A stretch of 64,000 nucleotides of DNA from an uncultured Gammaproteobacteria bacterium (GTDB taxonomy: Bacteria > Patescibacteriota > Patescibacteriia > UBA9934 > CAZDDW01): the NCBI GenBank assembly GCA_965231015.1, contig OZ246408.1:211755-275754 (forward strand), read 5' to 3'. The translations under genes and the position numbers were made by a program. The notes beneath the pieces were generated by a model, which saw only the letters and a list, made by a program, of their open reading frames with translations, did not search any database and had not been told where the DNA came from. Shown piece by piece: positions 50,443 through 60,214 of the stretch. Position 1 is the first letter of the stretch, and each line of letters begins with the position of its first letter.

Positions 50443-51669
50443 TTAATTAAGTCTGATCATTTTTAAGACTCCGCTAGCGTTAGTGTAATAAAGAACTGAA
50501 CCATCATCAGAAACGGTTAAGTTGCTCATGCTGTCATTACTTTCTGGGATGGCAAGCAGGCTGTTAGTTCCCGTGTTCAGATTGACCTCGTAGACATAGT
50601 CATAGGTGCTGTTGGCTAGTTCGGGTTGCAATCCTGAATTTGATGGCAGGTTTTGTGGCACAGCACAAATGACAGTATCGTTATCGATAAAAGTGCATTT
50701 ATTGACCCAGGTTTGCAAGCCAAGATTTTGGCGGTTGTTGCCGATATTGTCGCCATCACCATCAGTGACCCAAAGATTTGGTTGATAATTACTTGTTTCT
50801 CCGGATACTGAGTATAGGATTTTATCGCCTCGGGGTGACCAGATTGATTCAAAACCAAGTCCTTCCACAATTAAACCTTTGTAGTTCTCCTCGTTTTTAC
50901 CGATTGGTAAAATCATGTTTCGAGAAAATCCGCTTTGTGTTGGACCGGTGTTTGAAAAGGCTACTACCTGATCATTCGGAGACCAGTTTACTTGTACTTT
51001 GTCCTCGTTCTGACCAAGTGCGGCAATGGTTTCCGTGCGCGTACCATCTTCACTTGTGATTACGAGCCAACGGTTATTTGGATCAGTTCCCAAACTTTTT
51101 GCAATTATTTCACTACTGTTCGGACTGAAATCAAAATCCTCCCAGTGTTCTGGTAGGGTGACCTGATTTCCGGTGTTAAAGTTGTAAACAATGTTAGACC
51201 CGTCCGGGAATTCCAAAATCGCCTTTTCTCCTTCGCTAGACCAGGTAACGTTTTCTACCTCCGGAAATGAAGTTTGACTAATTGTAGAAACGGTTCCGTC
51301 CTCGTTAATTTTGTAAAACAATCCATCATGTTCGTTGTAAAAATTTACACTGTCACCATCCGGATTGATGTTGGGAGAAGAGATGGCTCCAGCACTAAGC
51401 GAGGTAGTGGCCGTTAAACCACCATCAGCAACATCTGAAACCGGCAGGCCTGTCCCAGCTCCGTCTTCAGTTGGAGTGATGGTCGTTGGGACTCCTTCTT
51501 GAGCAGTTGGAAAAGTTCCTGTTCCAACACCTTCTTCCTCTGTTTCTGTTTCTTCGTCCGGTGGGCGTACATCCCCACGAAAAAAGACAATATACAGAGC
51601 AGCACCGATTACAATGGTTATTACCACGAAAAGTATAGCGTATAAAATTCTTTTTGTTCGTTCATTCAT
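50443..51669 (-). CDS. membrane-anchored beta-propeller (TolB-like) protein
   Basis: N-terminal TM; WSS/FSP/WSP repeats. Confidence 0.75.
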   Translation of the reverse strand: MNERTKRILYAILFVVITIVIGAALYIVFFRGDVRPPDEETETEEEGVGTGTFPTAQEGVPTTITPTEDGAGTGLPVSDVADGGLTATTSLSAGAISSPNINPDGDSVNFYNEHDGLFYKINEDGTVSTISQTSFPEVENVTWSSEGEKAILEFPDGSNIVYNFNTGNQVTLPEHWEDFDFSPNSSEIIAKSLGTDPNNRWLVITSEDGTRTETIAALGQNEDKVQVNWSPNDQVVAFSNTGPTQSGFSRNMILPIGKNEENYKGLIVEGLGFESIWSPRGDKILYSVSGETSNYQPNLWVTDGDGDNIGNNRQNLGLQTWVNKCTFIDNDTVICAVPQNLPSNSGLQPELANSTYDYVYEVNLNTGTNSLLAIPESNDSMSNLTVSDDGSVLYYTNASGVLKMIRLN

Positions 51670-51674
51670 ATGGG

Positions 51675-52520
51675 TTATAAGGCAATTTGGCCAACAAGGT
51701 TTAAAAGGGTCATACGAAGGTCATGGGGAAGAATTTGGGTGGCCGCCTCGTAGGGGTTTGAAAAAACAACCGCTACTACCATTCCCATGGCCCCCATGAA
51801 AGTCATAATAACTAGGGCTGCTCCAATTATAGCAAATCCGATGGCCATTTGGGGAAGTTTGTATTCAGGAACCAATTTAGCGATAATCCCCATGAAGCCT
51901 CGAGCATCTTTAAAGATGAGCGTCCTCATAAAACGGATAACCTGCCAGATGGCATTGGCAATGGTGTCAAGCCAGGCCATCCAAGCACTGGAACTCGTTG
52001 TGCCCTCAGTCCCTTCAAGCCCGGAAGCAACATAAGATTTTGTGGTTTCCATCTGCTCCTCTTTACCCTTGGCCTCAGAAATTTGACTTCGGCGTGACTG
52101 TTCAGCGGCTGTAGTGGCACCAACCTGTGCCTGCATGTTAGCTAGGTCTTGTTCAGCCTGATCTTGTTCGAGTTGAGCCTGTTCTACCGCTGCAGCTTGT
52201 TCAAGTCGGGCCTGGTTTTGAGAGTACTCCAGTTCTTCACGGCGAGCCAATTCTTGCTCATTTCGACCCTGAACATCTTGATAGCCAGATGCTTTGATTG
52301 GAGCACGTTCGGCAAAACGTCGACCGGCCTCTTCCACACGAGCAGAAGCGCGACCAGGAGCCAACCGTGCTTCCCGTAAACGCAAATTAGCTTCAAGCAT
52401 TATTTTTTGAGCCTTCTCGGCCGGGCGTTTTCCTGCGGCTTCAACTCTGGCTGCAGCTTGGGATGAGCCAATGATATTTTGCGCACGACGCTGTTCTTTG
52501 GGAGTTAAGCCAACTGCCAT
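51675..52520 (-). CDS. hypothetical coiled-coil membrane protein
   Basis: Q/E/A-rich coiled coil plus C-terminal TM; operonic with clpC. Confidence 0.7.
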   Translation of the reverse strand: MAVGLTPKEQRRAQNIIGSSQAAARVEAAGKRPAEKAQKIMLEANLRLREARLAPGRASARVEEAGRRFAERAPIKASGYQDVQGRNEQELARREELEYSQNQARLEQAAAVEQAQLEQDQAEQDLANMQAQVGATTAAEQSRRSQISEAKGKEEQMETTKSYVASGLEGTEGTTSSSAWMAWLDTIANAIWQVIRFMRTLIFKDARGFMGIIAKLVPEYKLPQMAIGFAIIGAALVIMTFMGAMGMVVAVVFSNPYEAATQILPHDLRMTLLNLVGQIAL

Positions 52521-52521
52521 A

Positions 52522-55014
52522 TCAGGAAACAATTATTTCATTATTTCTGACTGAAACCATGATCTCGTTTTTTAACGTTTTTTTCAAAAGGCGTTCAGCG
52601 ATCTTGGCTTCGATTACTTGGTTCATTTGTCGGCGAATTTCTCTCGCTCCAACCTTGCTATGAGCGGCTTGGTCAGCCAAAGTGTTGTAAACTTCTTCGT
52701 TGAAATTAAGTTTGATTCTTTTTGGAGTAAGCCGTTTACTAAGTTCTCGAGCCTGTTTTTTTGCAATGTCTTTCATGACACCATGTTCCAGCTTGTTAAA
52801 TAGGCTGATGTAGTCGACTCGATTGATGAGCTCCGGACGGAAACGTTCTTCAAGTTCGGTTTTGATATCACTAATCAAATTATCCTGGCTCATGCTGGTT
52901 CCACCTTCAAAACCAATCCCTCCGGATTCGAAACGTTCTAGTCCTACGTTTGAAGTGAGAACTACAATTGTGTTGCGGAAATTAATAACTCGGCCGGTGG
53001 CATCGGTGATTTCACCATTTTCTAAAATTTGTAAAAGCAGATTTTGTACGTCCGGATGAGCTTTTTCCAGCTCGTCAAAAAGAACCACTGAATAGGGTCG
53101 CTCTTTGACCCGGTCAGTCAGCCGGGCTCCTTCTCGGTAGCCAACGTACCCAGCCGGGGAACCAATGAGTTTTGAAACAGTAAAGCCTTCAGCATATTCG
53201 GACATGTCAAGCCGCACCAGGGCATCGGCTTCTTGAAAGACTTCGCGTGCCAGGGCTTTGGCCAGCTCTGTTTTACCAACCCCGGATGGACCAAGAAACA
53301 AGAAAGAAGCGGTTGGACGTTCCGGATGATTAACGCCGGTCTTGCTACGCCGCACAGCGTCCGCAACTGCTTTAATGGCTTCGGTTTGACCAAGAACATG
53401 ATTTGAGAGTTTGCGTTCTAGTTTAGCAAGACGTTTTTCTTCGCCGCCGGTCATTTGACTAAGTGGAATTCCGGTCATGCGGGAAAGCACCTGGGCAATA
53501 TCGGTTTCAGTAACCGTGCCGTATGCCGCTTTAGCCCTTGGCTTGTCTTTTAAGTTTGAGAGTCGTTTTACAAGAATTTCTTCGTCTTCTTTGGCATGAA
53601 TGGCGTCTACAAAACGCTCCTCAATAACCGCCAACCGTTTGCGTTCGCGGATTTCGCGCAGCTCCTGTTCCAGTTCAAGCCTTTTACGGTCATCACGAGT
53701 ACCGGAGCCTGCAACTCGGCAGGCCGCAGCGGCTTCGTCAATTAAATCAATAGACTTGTCTGGTTGGTTTTTTCCGGGCAAGTACCGGTTTGAAAGTCTG
53801 ACCGCATTTTTAAGGGCTCGTTTGCTGATTTTGACCCGATGAAATTTTTCGTAGTTTTCGGCAATACCTCGTAAGATTTTATTAGTATCCTCATCGTTCG
53901 GCTCATTTATATGAACGGTTTGAAAGCGTCTTTCCAAAGCCGCATCCGGTTCGATGTTTTTTTTAAATTCGGCCGGTGTAGTAGCACCAATACAGCGAAT
54001 CTCACCACGCGCTAAAGCCGGTTTTAAAATATTGGCCGCATCCATGGATCCGGAACTGGAGCCGGCCCCGATAATGGTATGTACTTCATCTATAAATAAA
54101 ATAATGTTTGGGTTTGCTTTAACCTCATCAATTACCTGTCGCAACCGTTCTTCAAACTCACCTCGATACATGGTGCCAGCCACCACCAGCGTCATATCAA
54201 GAGCCATAATTCGTCGACCGTCTAGCACCGGCGGCACATTATGCTCCATAATTTTCTTGGCCAAGCCCTCTACGATAGCCGTTTTACCTACACCCGGTTC
54301 ACCCAAAAGAACCGGATTGTTTTTACTACGGCGGCATAAAATTTCCATTAACCGTTGGATTTCATTTTTCCGTCCGATCACAGGATCGATATTTTTTTGT
54401 TCCTGGCCACTGGTTAAATCTCGAGCAAAAAAATCTAGGGCCGGAGTTTTGGCTTCTCTGAATTCATCAGTACCAGTTTCATCATTTTCTGTAGTAAGAA
54501 TATCCAGTCCAACAGAGTCGTCAGTATCAATGGTTTCGGCAAATTCAGGAAACTTGCTGGTGCTTTTTAAAACCACGGCAATTTGTTTTTGTAAAATTGA
54601 TAAATCTACTTTTTCTTTCATCAAAAATTCGTGGACGCGAGTATTTTTAACCTGCAAGAGTCCGGCCAACAAGTGTTCTGTCCCCACATAGCGATGCTCA
54701 TAAATATTTGCCGTCAGTACCGCTTTTTCAATGATCCGTTTGCAAGAGTCTGACAGAACCGGAGATGGATTTATTTTTTTGGCTCGGTTTTGCCCATCCG
54801 TGGCAGTAGCGCCAACTAGCAGGCGAAGGCGTTCAGGTTTTATTTTAGCCTTAGTGATGATGTCGGCACCAATGCTGCCTTTTTGAGTGCCTAAAGCCCA
54901 AAGCAGGTGTTCCGGTTGAACTTCTTTTTGTTCCGCTTCCACAGCCAAAACCAGAGCGCGAGTGAGCACGTTTTTCAAATGGGTCGTGAACTTGTCAATG
55001 ATATTGGGTTGCAT
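52522..55014 (-). CDS. clpC: ATP-dependent Clp protease ATP-binding subunit (ClpC-like)
   Basis: Clp-N repeats, GEPGVGKT, GPSGVGKTE, RLDMSEY, short middle coiled coil. Confidence 0.92.
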   Translation of the reverse strand: MQPNIIDKFTTHLKNVLTRALVLAVEAEQKEVQPEHLLWALGTQKGSIGADIITKAKIKPERLRLLVGATATDGQNRAKKINPSPVLSDSCKRIIEKAVLTANIYEHRYVGTEHLLAGLLQVKNTRVHEFLMKEKVDLSILQKQIAVVLKSTSKFPEFAETIDTDDSVGLDILTTENDETGTDEFREAKTPALDFFARDLTSGQEQKNIDPVIGRKNEIQRLMEILCRRSKNNPVLLGEPGVGKTAIVEGLAKKIMEHNVPPVLDGRRIMALDMTLVVAGTMYRGEFEERLRQVIDEVKANPNIILFIDEVHTIIGAGSSSGSMDAANILKPALARGEIRCIGATTPAEFKKNIEPDAALERRFQTVHINEPNDEDTNKILRGIAENYEKFHRVKISKRALKNAVRLSNRYLPGKNQPDKSIDLIDEAAAACRVAGSGTRDDRKRLELEQELREIRERKRLAVIEERFVDAIHAKEDEEILVKRLSNLKDKPRAKAAYGTVTETDIAQVLSRMTGIPLSQMTGGEEKRLAKLERKLSNHVLGQTEAIKAVADAVRRSKTGVNHPERPTASFLFLGPSGVGKTELAKALAREVFQEADALVRLDMSEYAEGFTVSKLIGSPAGYVGYREGARLTDRVKERPYSVVLFDELEKAHPDVQNLLLQILENGEITDATGRVINFRNTIVVLTSNVGLERFESGGIGFEGGTSMSQDNLISDIKTELEERFRPELINRVDYISLFNKLEHGVMKDIAKKQARELSKRLTPKRIKLNFNEEVYNTLADQAAHSKVGAREIRRQMNQVIEAKIAERLLKKTLKNEIMVSVRNNEIIVS

Positions 55015-55015
55015 G

Positions 55016-55118
55016 TTAAATTTTCAATTGTACAATCTCCAATTTTCATTGAATGATCAATTTGATAATTGTCAATTGTAAATTCATTCGAAAATTGAGC
55101 CTTAAACATTGAAAATAT
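55016..55118. repeat. degenerate heptamer inverted-repeat element, same family as 4056-4145
   Basis: TTTCAATT / AATTGA units; shared 17-mer. Confidence 0.6.
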
Positions 55119-55119
55119 C

Positions 55120-56013
55120 TTACACTCCCATTGATCGAAGCTTTTTTATTCGATCTTCGATCGGTGGGTGAGTAGAAAAAAGCGAATTAAATTTTTTCTT
55201 GGTTTTGTGTGGATCAAACGGGTTGGCCAAGAACAGGTGGGCAGTGGCGTGGTTGGCTTTTTTGAGAGGTCGATCAATAGCCGCGATTTTTTCAAGTGCT
55301 CCGGCTAGTCCGTCCGGGTAGCGGGTCAACAAAGCGGCTGAAGCGTCAGCCATGTATTCTCGAGAACGGGAAACTGCCAATTTGATGAGTTCAGCAAACA
55401 AGGGGGAGAGAATTGCTAAAGCAATTCCGATAATGAAGATGATTAATCCGGCTTGACCACCACCGCGGTCACGCCGTCCACCAAAGAAAAATCCGCGCCG
55501 CATGATGTCGGAGAGCAGAAGCACGACTCCAACCAATACCACAACAAGAGTCATAACGCGGATATCTAAGTTTTTAATGTGCGACATTTCATGGGCTAAG
55601 ACACCCTGCAGTTCATTCTTGTCAAGGATTTGTAAGAGTCCTGTGGTCACGGCAATGCTGGCGTGCTCTGGGTCTCGTCCGGTTGCAAATGCATTTGGGG
55701 AAGGGTCGTTTATGAGATAGAGTTTTGGTGTTGATATACCTGCTGTGATAGCCAGGTTTTCTACCAAGTTGTAAAGGACGGCGTTATCACGTTTACTGAT
55801 CTGCCGAGCTCCAGCCGTAGCCAGGGTAACCGTGTCACCTTTAAAATATCCAACCAGAATCATGACAATGGCTATGATACCGGCCAGAACTAGTCCGAAA
55901 CTTGGTTCTGCAAAGTAATAGCCAAGGCTCCATCCAAGAACCATAATCACGATTGCAAAAATTGCGATCATCAAAATGGTCTTACGTTTGTTGCGCGTGA
56001 TCTCTTGGTACAT
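55120..56013 (-). CDS. htpX: M48 zinc metalloprotease HtpX
   Basis: PNAFATG, LAHEMSH, SRSREYMAD, STHPP. Confidence 0.95.
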   Translation of the reverse strand: MYQEITRNKRKTILMIAIFAIVIMVLGWSLGYYFAEPSFGLVLAGIIAIVMILVGYFKGDTVTLATAGARQISKRDNAVLYNLVENLAITAGISTPKLYLINDPSPNAFATGRDPEHASIAVTTGLLQILDKNELQGVLAHEMSHIKNLDIRVMTLVVVLVGVVLLLSDIMRRGFFFGGRRDRGGGQAGLIIFIIGIALAILSPLFAELIKLAVSRSREYMADASAALLTRYPDGLAGALEKIAAIDRPLKKANHATAHLFLANPFDPHKTKKKFNSLFSTHPPIEDRIKKLRSMGV

Positions 56014-56025
56014 GACCGCGCGTAA

Positions 56026-56583
56026 TTAGAATTTAACTTCTGGTGCTTCGTGAACGCTATCAGGGGCGTCAAAGAATTCGTATTTCTTAAATCCAAGCAT
56101 TCCGCCAATCAGGTTGGTTGGTAAAACTTGAATTTTGGTATTGAAGTCACGGACATTGCCGTTATAAAAGCGGCGAGCGGCCTGAATTTTGTCTTCTGCA
56201 TCAACCAGCTCTTCTTGCAGGTGTTTGAAATTCCCAGCGGCTTGAAGAGCTGGGTAATTTTCTGCTACTGCAAACAAGCTCTTCAAAGTGTCGCTAAGCA
56301 TGTTTTCCGCTTTAGACTGCTCGGCCGGAGTTTTGGCCTGCATGGCAGAGGCACGAGCTTCGGTTACTTTGGTAAATACTCCTTCCTCATGTTTGGCATA
56401 ACCTTTGACAGTATTCACCAGATTTGGGATAAGGTCATAGCGTCGTTTCAGCTGGACTTCAATGTCAGACCAGGCTTCATCCACGCGGTTGCGCAAGCTA
56501 ATTAAGCCGTTATATGTTAAAATAAGCCAGATCGCAACTACGGCCAGCACCGCAAGAACGATCCACAAAGGGAGTAATGGCAT
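56026..56583 (-). CDS. lemA: LemA family protein
   Basis: QLKRRYDLIPNLV, ENYPAL, ARRFYN. Confidence 0.96.
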   Translation of the reverse strand: MPLLPLWIVLAVLAVVAIWLILTYNGLISLRNRVDEAWSDIEVQLKRRYDLIPNLVNTVKGYAKHEEGVFTKVTEARASAMQAKTPAEQSKAENMLSDTLKSLFAVAENYPALQAAGNFKHLQEELVDAEDKIQAARRFYNGNVRDFNTKIQVLPTNLIGGMLGFKKYEFFDAPDSVHEAPEVKF

Positions 56584-56659
56584 AGGGATAATCTTGAAAA
56601 ATTAGATTAAAAGTCTACAATAAGAATACCTTTTTTAACGCTATTAGTAAAGACATTTT

Positions 56660-57997
56660 ATGGATATTGACGAGAGTATTTTTAAGTCCTATGACATTAG
56701 GGCTACTACGGACAAGTTATCGCCAGAATTAGCGGAAATTGTCGGTTCAGCCCTAGTTCACATGACCAAGGCTAAAACTGTGGCTGTGGGGCATGATATG
56801 CGGCAAAGTTCTCCGGAATTGGCAGAAGGTCTAATTAGGGGTATCGCAAGCCAGGGGGCTAAAGCCGTGGACATTGGAATGTGTACTACCACCATGTTTA
56901 ATTTTGTCGTGTCTGATTATGATGAAATTGAGGCCGCGGCCATGGTGACCGCTTCACACAATCCAGCCGAATATAACGGAATAAAAATGGCTAACGCAGA
57001 CGGGTTTCCAATCAGTGGGGAGGAAATCAAGGGTGCTGTGATTGGCCAGGAATATCCAGCAATAGGTGAGCCCGGGGAAGTGGAAAAGCGAGATATCATG
57101 AATGATTATTTGGATAAGATTTTTGGGCTGGTGCAGCTGCCATCTTTAGATGGAATGACAATTGTTGTTGATGCTGGAAATGGAATGGCAGGCCTGATTT
57201 TGCCAAAAATGTTTGAACGGATGGACGCCGAGTTTCATACCCTCTACATGGAACCGAATGGCAATTTTCCCAATCATGAAGCTAACCCGGTAAAAGAAGA
57301 AACCCTGGACGACCTAAAGGACAAGATGAAAGAAGTTGGGGCTGATCTTGGAGCGGCCTTTGACGGCGATGGGGACAGGGTTGGTTTTGTGGATGAAAAA
57401 TTAAATACCATCCGAGGTGATATTTTATTAGCCATGCTGGCCACGGAATATCTAAAACAACATCCGGGCGGCAAGGTGTACACAGCTGTCAATCAGAGTT
57501 GGGCGGTGCGTGACGCTGTTGAAGCCGCAGGAGGAGAAGTGGTTATGAACAAAGTGGGGCGAACCAATGCGATCAAGTGGATGAAAGAGAACGGAGGTGT
57601 GTTGGGCGGCGAGGTATCCAGTCATTTTTTCTTTCAGGAGTTTAACGATCTTGAATCAAGTGAGTTTGCTTTTCTGCTCATCATCAAAATGATTGCTGAA
57701 AGTGGTAAGACATTTTTAGAAATCATGACTCCTTATACGAAGTACGCTTCAGGCGGAGAGAATAATTTTGAGGTCGAGGACAAAGAGGGTACAATTAAGA
57801 GGCTGGTTGATGCTTATCAAGATGAAGCAGTGAATATGATCGATATTGATGGAGTGCGGCTTGAGTTTAATGATTGGTGGTTCAATGTTCGAGCCTCCAG
57901 TACCGAGCCTTTAATCCGTCTTACTTTGGAAGCCGAGTCTGAAGAGATCTTGGCAGAAAAAAAGCAGGCCTTAATTGAATTAATCACGAAGTCATGA
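56660..57997 (+). CDS. phosphomannomutase/phosphoglucomutase
   Basis: FKSYDIR, TASHNP, FDGDGDR, GEVSSH. Confidence 0.95.
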   Translation: MDIDESIFKSYDIRATTDKLSPELAEIVGSALVHMTKAKTVAVGHDMRQSSPELAEGLIRGIASQGAKAVDIGMCTTTMFNFVVSDYDEIEAAAMVTASHNPAEYNGIKMANADGFPISGEEIKGAVIGQEYPAIGEPGEVEKRDIMNDYLDKIFGLVQLPSLDGMTIVVDAGNGMAGLILPKMFERMDAEFHTLYMEPNGNFPNHEANPVKEETLDDLKDKMKEVGADLGAAFDGDGDRVGFVDEKLNTIRGDILLAMLATEYLKQHPGGKVYTAVNQSWAVRDAVEAAGGEVVMNKVGRTNAIKWMKENGGVLGGEVSSHFFFQEFNDLESSEFAFLLIIKMIAESGKTFLEIMTPYTKYASGGENNFEVEDKEGTIKRLVDAYQDEAVNMIDIDGVRLEFNDWWFNVRASSTEPLIRLTLEAESEEILAEKKQALIELITKS

Positions 57998-59115
57998 TTG
58001 GAATAGGAACAATTTTGCTATTTTTAGCGGTTTTATCAGTTTTAGTTTTAGTGCATGAAATAGGCCATTTTGTAGCCGCTCGCAAGTTTGGTTGCAAGGT
58101 TAAAGAATTTGGAATCGGTTTTCCACCACGCGCTAAAGTTTGGAAACACAAAGGAATCGAATATACTCTGAATTGGATTCCTCTCGGTGGTTTTGTGCGG
58201 ATTAAAGGTGAGTCCGGAGAGCACCGAGAGGAGGAAGACAGTTTTTCTGCTAAGCCGGCCTGGCAACGGTTTATTATTTTGTTTGCCGGGGTGGCCATGA
58301 ACTTTGTTTTTGCAGCCGTGCTGCTTAGTATTGGTTTCATGATCGGGCTTCCTTCGGCGATCGATGAAAATTTGCCAACAGGGGCACGTGTTTCTGGTGA
58401 AGCGGTGCGGATTGTGACTGTGCTTGAAGATGGTCCGGCATCTGAAGCAGGGCTCAAACGTGGTGATGAAGTTGCAGCGGTTAATGACCGTGTGTTTACT
58501 GACGGTGAAGAAGCTCGGGCATATGTTTCCGAGCAGGGTGCGGAGCCGGTCAATCTAACTATAAAACGCTCAGACGGTTATCATGACATCACGGTCCAAC
58601 CGGCCTATGTTGAAGAGTTGGATGGAATCGGGATCGGGGTTGGATTTTTGACTACCGGATTTGTAAGCTTTGCGCCACATCTAGCCGTGTGGCATGGAAT
58701 TGAGACCACGGTTTTATTTACCCGTGAGGTGACGGTAGCGTTTGCGGTTATATTGAAAAATTTGGTGACCGGCCAAGGGGTGGCTGAAGAAATATCTGGG
58801 CCAGTTGGTATTGCGGTTATGACCGGTGAAGTGGCTCGGTTGGGAATCTCTTACATCATTCAGTTTGCTGCCATTCTTTCCATTAACCTAGCCATCTTAA
58901 ATATTTTACCGTTCCCCGCTCTTGACGGCGGCCGGATCGTTTTCCTTTTTTTGGAAAAAATAAAAGGAAAGCCGGTTAGTGAAAGGGTGGAAGGTTTAGT
59001 GCACAGTTTGGGATTTATATTTTTGATGGGACTCGTGGTATTGATTACTTATCGTGACTTTGTTCGTTTCGGTGATCAATTTTGGGAAGCAATGAAAGGT
59101 GTGTTTGGTGTATAA
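57994..59115 (+). CDS. rseP: RIP metalloprotease RseP (M50 with PDZ)
   Basis: HEIGH, PDZ domain, NILPFPALDGG. Confidence 0.95.
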   Translation: MIGIGTILLFLAVLSVLVLVHEIGHFVAARKFGCKVKEFGIGFPPRAKVWKHKGIEYTLNWIPLGGFVRIKGESGEHREEEDSFSAKPAWQRFIILFAGVAMNFVFAAVLLSIGFMIGLPSAIDENLPTGARVSGEAVRIVTVLEDGPASEAGLKRGDEVAAVNDRVFTDGEEARAYVSEQGAEPVNLTIKRSDGYHDITVQPAYVEELDGIGIGVGFLTTGFVSFAPHLAVWHGIETTVLFTREVTVAFAVILKNLVTGQGVAEEISGPVGIAVMTGEVARLGISYIIQFAAILSINLAILNILPFPALDGGRIVFLFLEKIKGKPVSERVEGLVHSLGFIFLMGLVVLITYRDFVRFGDQFWEAMKGVFGV

Positions 59116-59157
59116 TGGCAAAAATGATAAGTTTCAAATGACGAATGTCAAAAATAT

Positions 59158-60213
59158 ATGGAAGAGCAATTGAAAAAACTGGCTAAAGATTTAGAAAAAG
59201 CCCTAGATTCAGCGAAAAATGAGCAGGATTTAGAAGCAGTTCGGGTTGAGTTTTTGGGTCGAAAAGGAAAGTTGTCCGAGCTTATGAGGGGTCTAAAGGA
59301 TTTGTCGGAGGATGAGCGGAAATCAGTTGGGCAGGCGGCAAATCAGATAAAGGAAACAATGGAAAAGAAATTTGAGGCCGTGGAATGTGCCCTTAAGGTC
59401 GCACGAGCAGGTGAGCTAGAGCAGGAAGAGTGGTTGGATATTACTTTGCCGGGTCTGGCACCGCGGCAGGGGCATTTACATCCGGTGACACAAGCTATTA
59501 ACGAGATCACAGACATTTTTTCCAAGATCGGTTTTGTGCGAGCCGGTTTTCCTGAAGCTGATTGGGATTACTATGCTTTTGAGTCCCTTAATATGCCGGG
59601 TGATCATCCGGCACGAGATGAGTGGGAGACATTTTTTATTGATGCGCTGGAAGGAAAGAAAGGAAAAATTGTATTGACTCCCCACACCTCTAACTCACAA
59701 GTTCGTGATCTGGAAGAACAGGATTTGCCAATTCGGATGATTAACATCGGGAAGTGTTATCGTCGGCAATCAGACGTGTCGCACTCCCAGATGTTTCATC
59801 AGTTTGAGGGTTTAATGATCGATAAAGATGTTTCGATCACACATTTACGAGGCGTCATGGATCACTTTGTGAAAAGTTATTTTGGCCCTGACCGGTTAAT
59901 TCGTTTACGGCCATTTCACTTTCGTTTCACTGAACCGAGTTTTGAACTCGATATTTCCTGTGATGCGTGTAAGGGAACCGGTAAGATCGACGGAGCAGTT
60001 TGCCGATTATGCAAAGAAGGTTGGTTGGAGCTTGGTGGAGCCGGCATGGTTCACCCAAACGTTCTAAAAGCCGGCGGAGTTGATCCGGACGAATACAGCG
60101 GCTTTGCTTTTGGTTGGGGAGTAGAAAGAACCATGATGATGAAGGAAGGAACCTCAATTGCCGACATTCGCATTCTTTATAAAAACAATCTTAAATTCCT
60201 CGAGCAGTTCTAA
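59158..60213 (+). CDS. pheS: phenylalanine--tRNA ligase alpha subunit
   Basis: HPARDEWETF, FHQFEG, FTEPS, GFAFGWGVER. Confidence 0.98.
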   Translation: MEEQLKKLAKDLEKALDSAKNEQDLEAVRVEFLGRKGKLSELMRGLKDLSEDERKSVGQAANQIKETMEKKFEAVECALKVARAGELEQEEWLDITLPGLAPRQGHLHPVTQAINEITDIFSKIGFVRAGFPEADWDYYAFESLNMPGDHPARDEWETFFIDALEGKKGKIVLTPHTSNSQVRDLEEQDLPIRMINIGKCYRRQSDVSHSQMFHQFEGLMIDKDVSITHLRGVMDHFVKSYFGPDRLIRLRPFHFRFTEPSFELDISCDACKGTGKIDGAVCRLCKEGWLELGGAGMVHPNVLKAGGVDPDEYSGFAFGWGVERTMMMKEGTSIADIRILYKNNLKFLEQF

Positions 60214-60214
60214 T

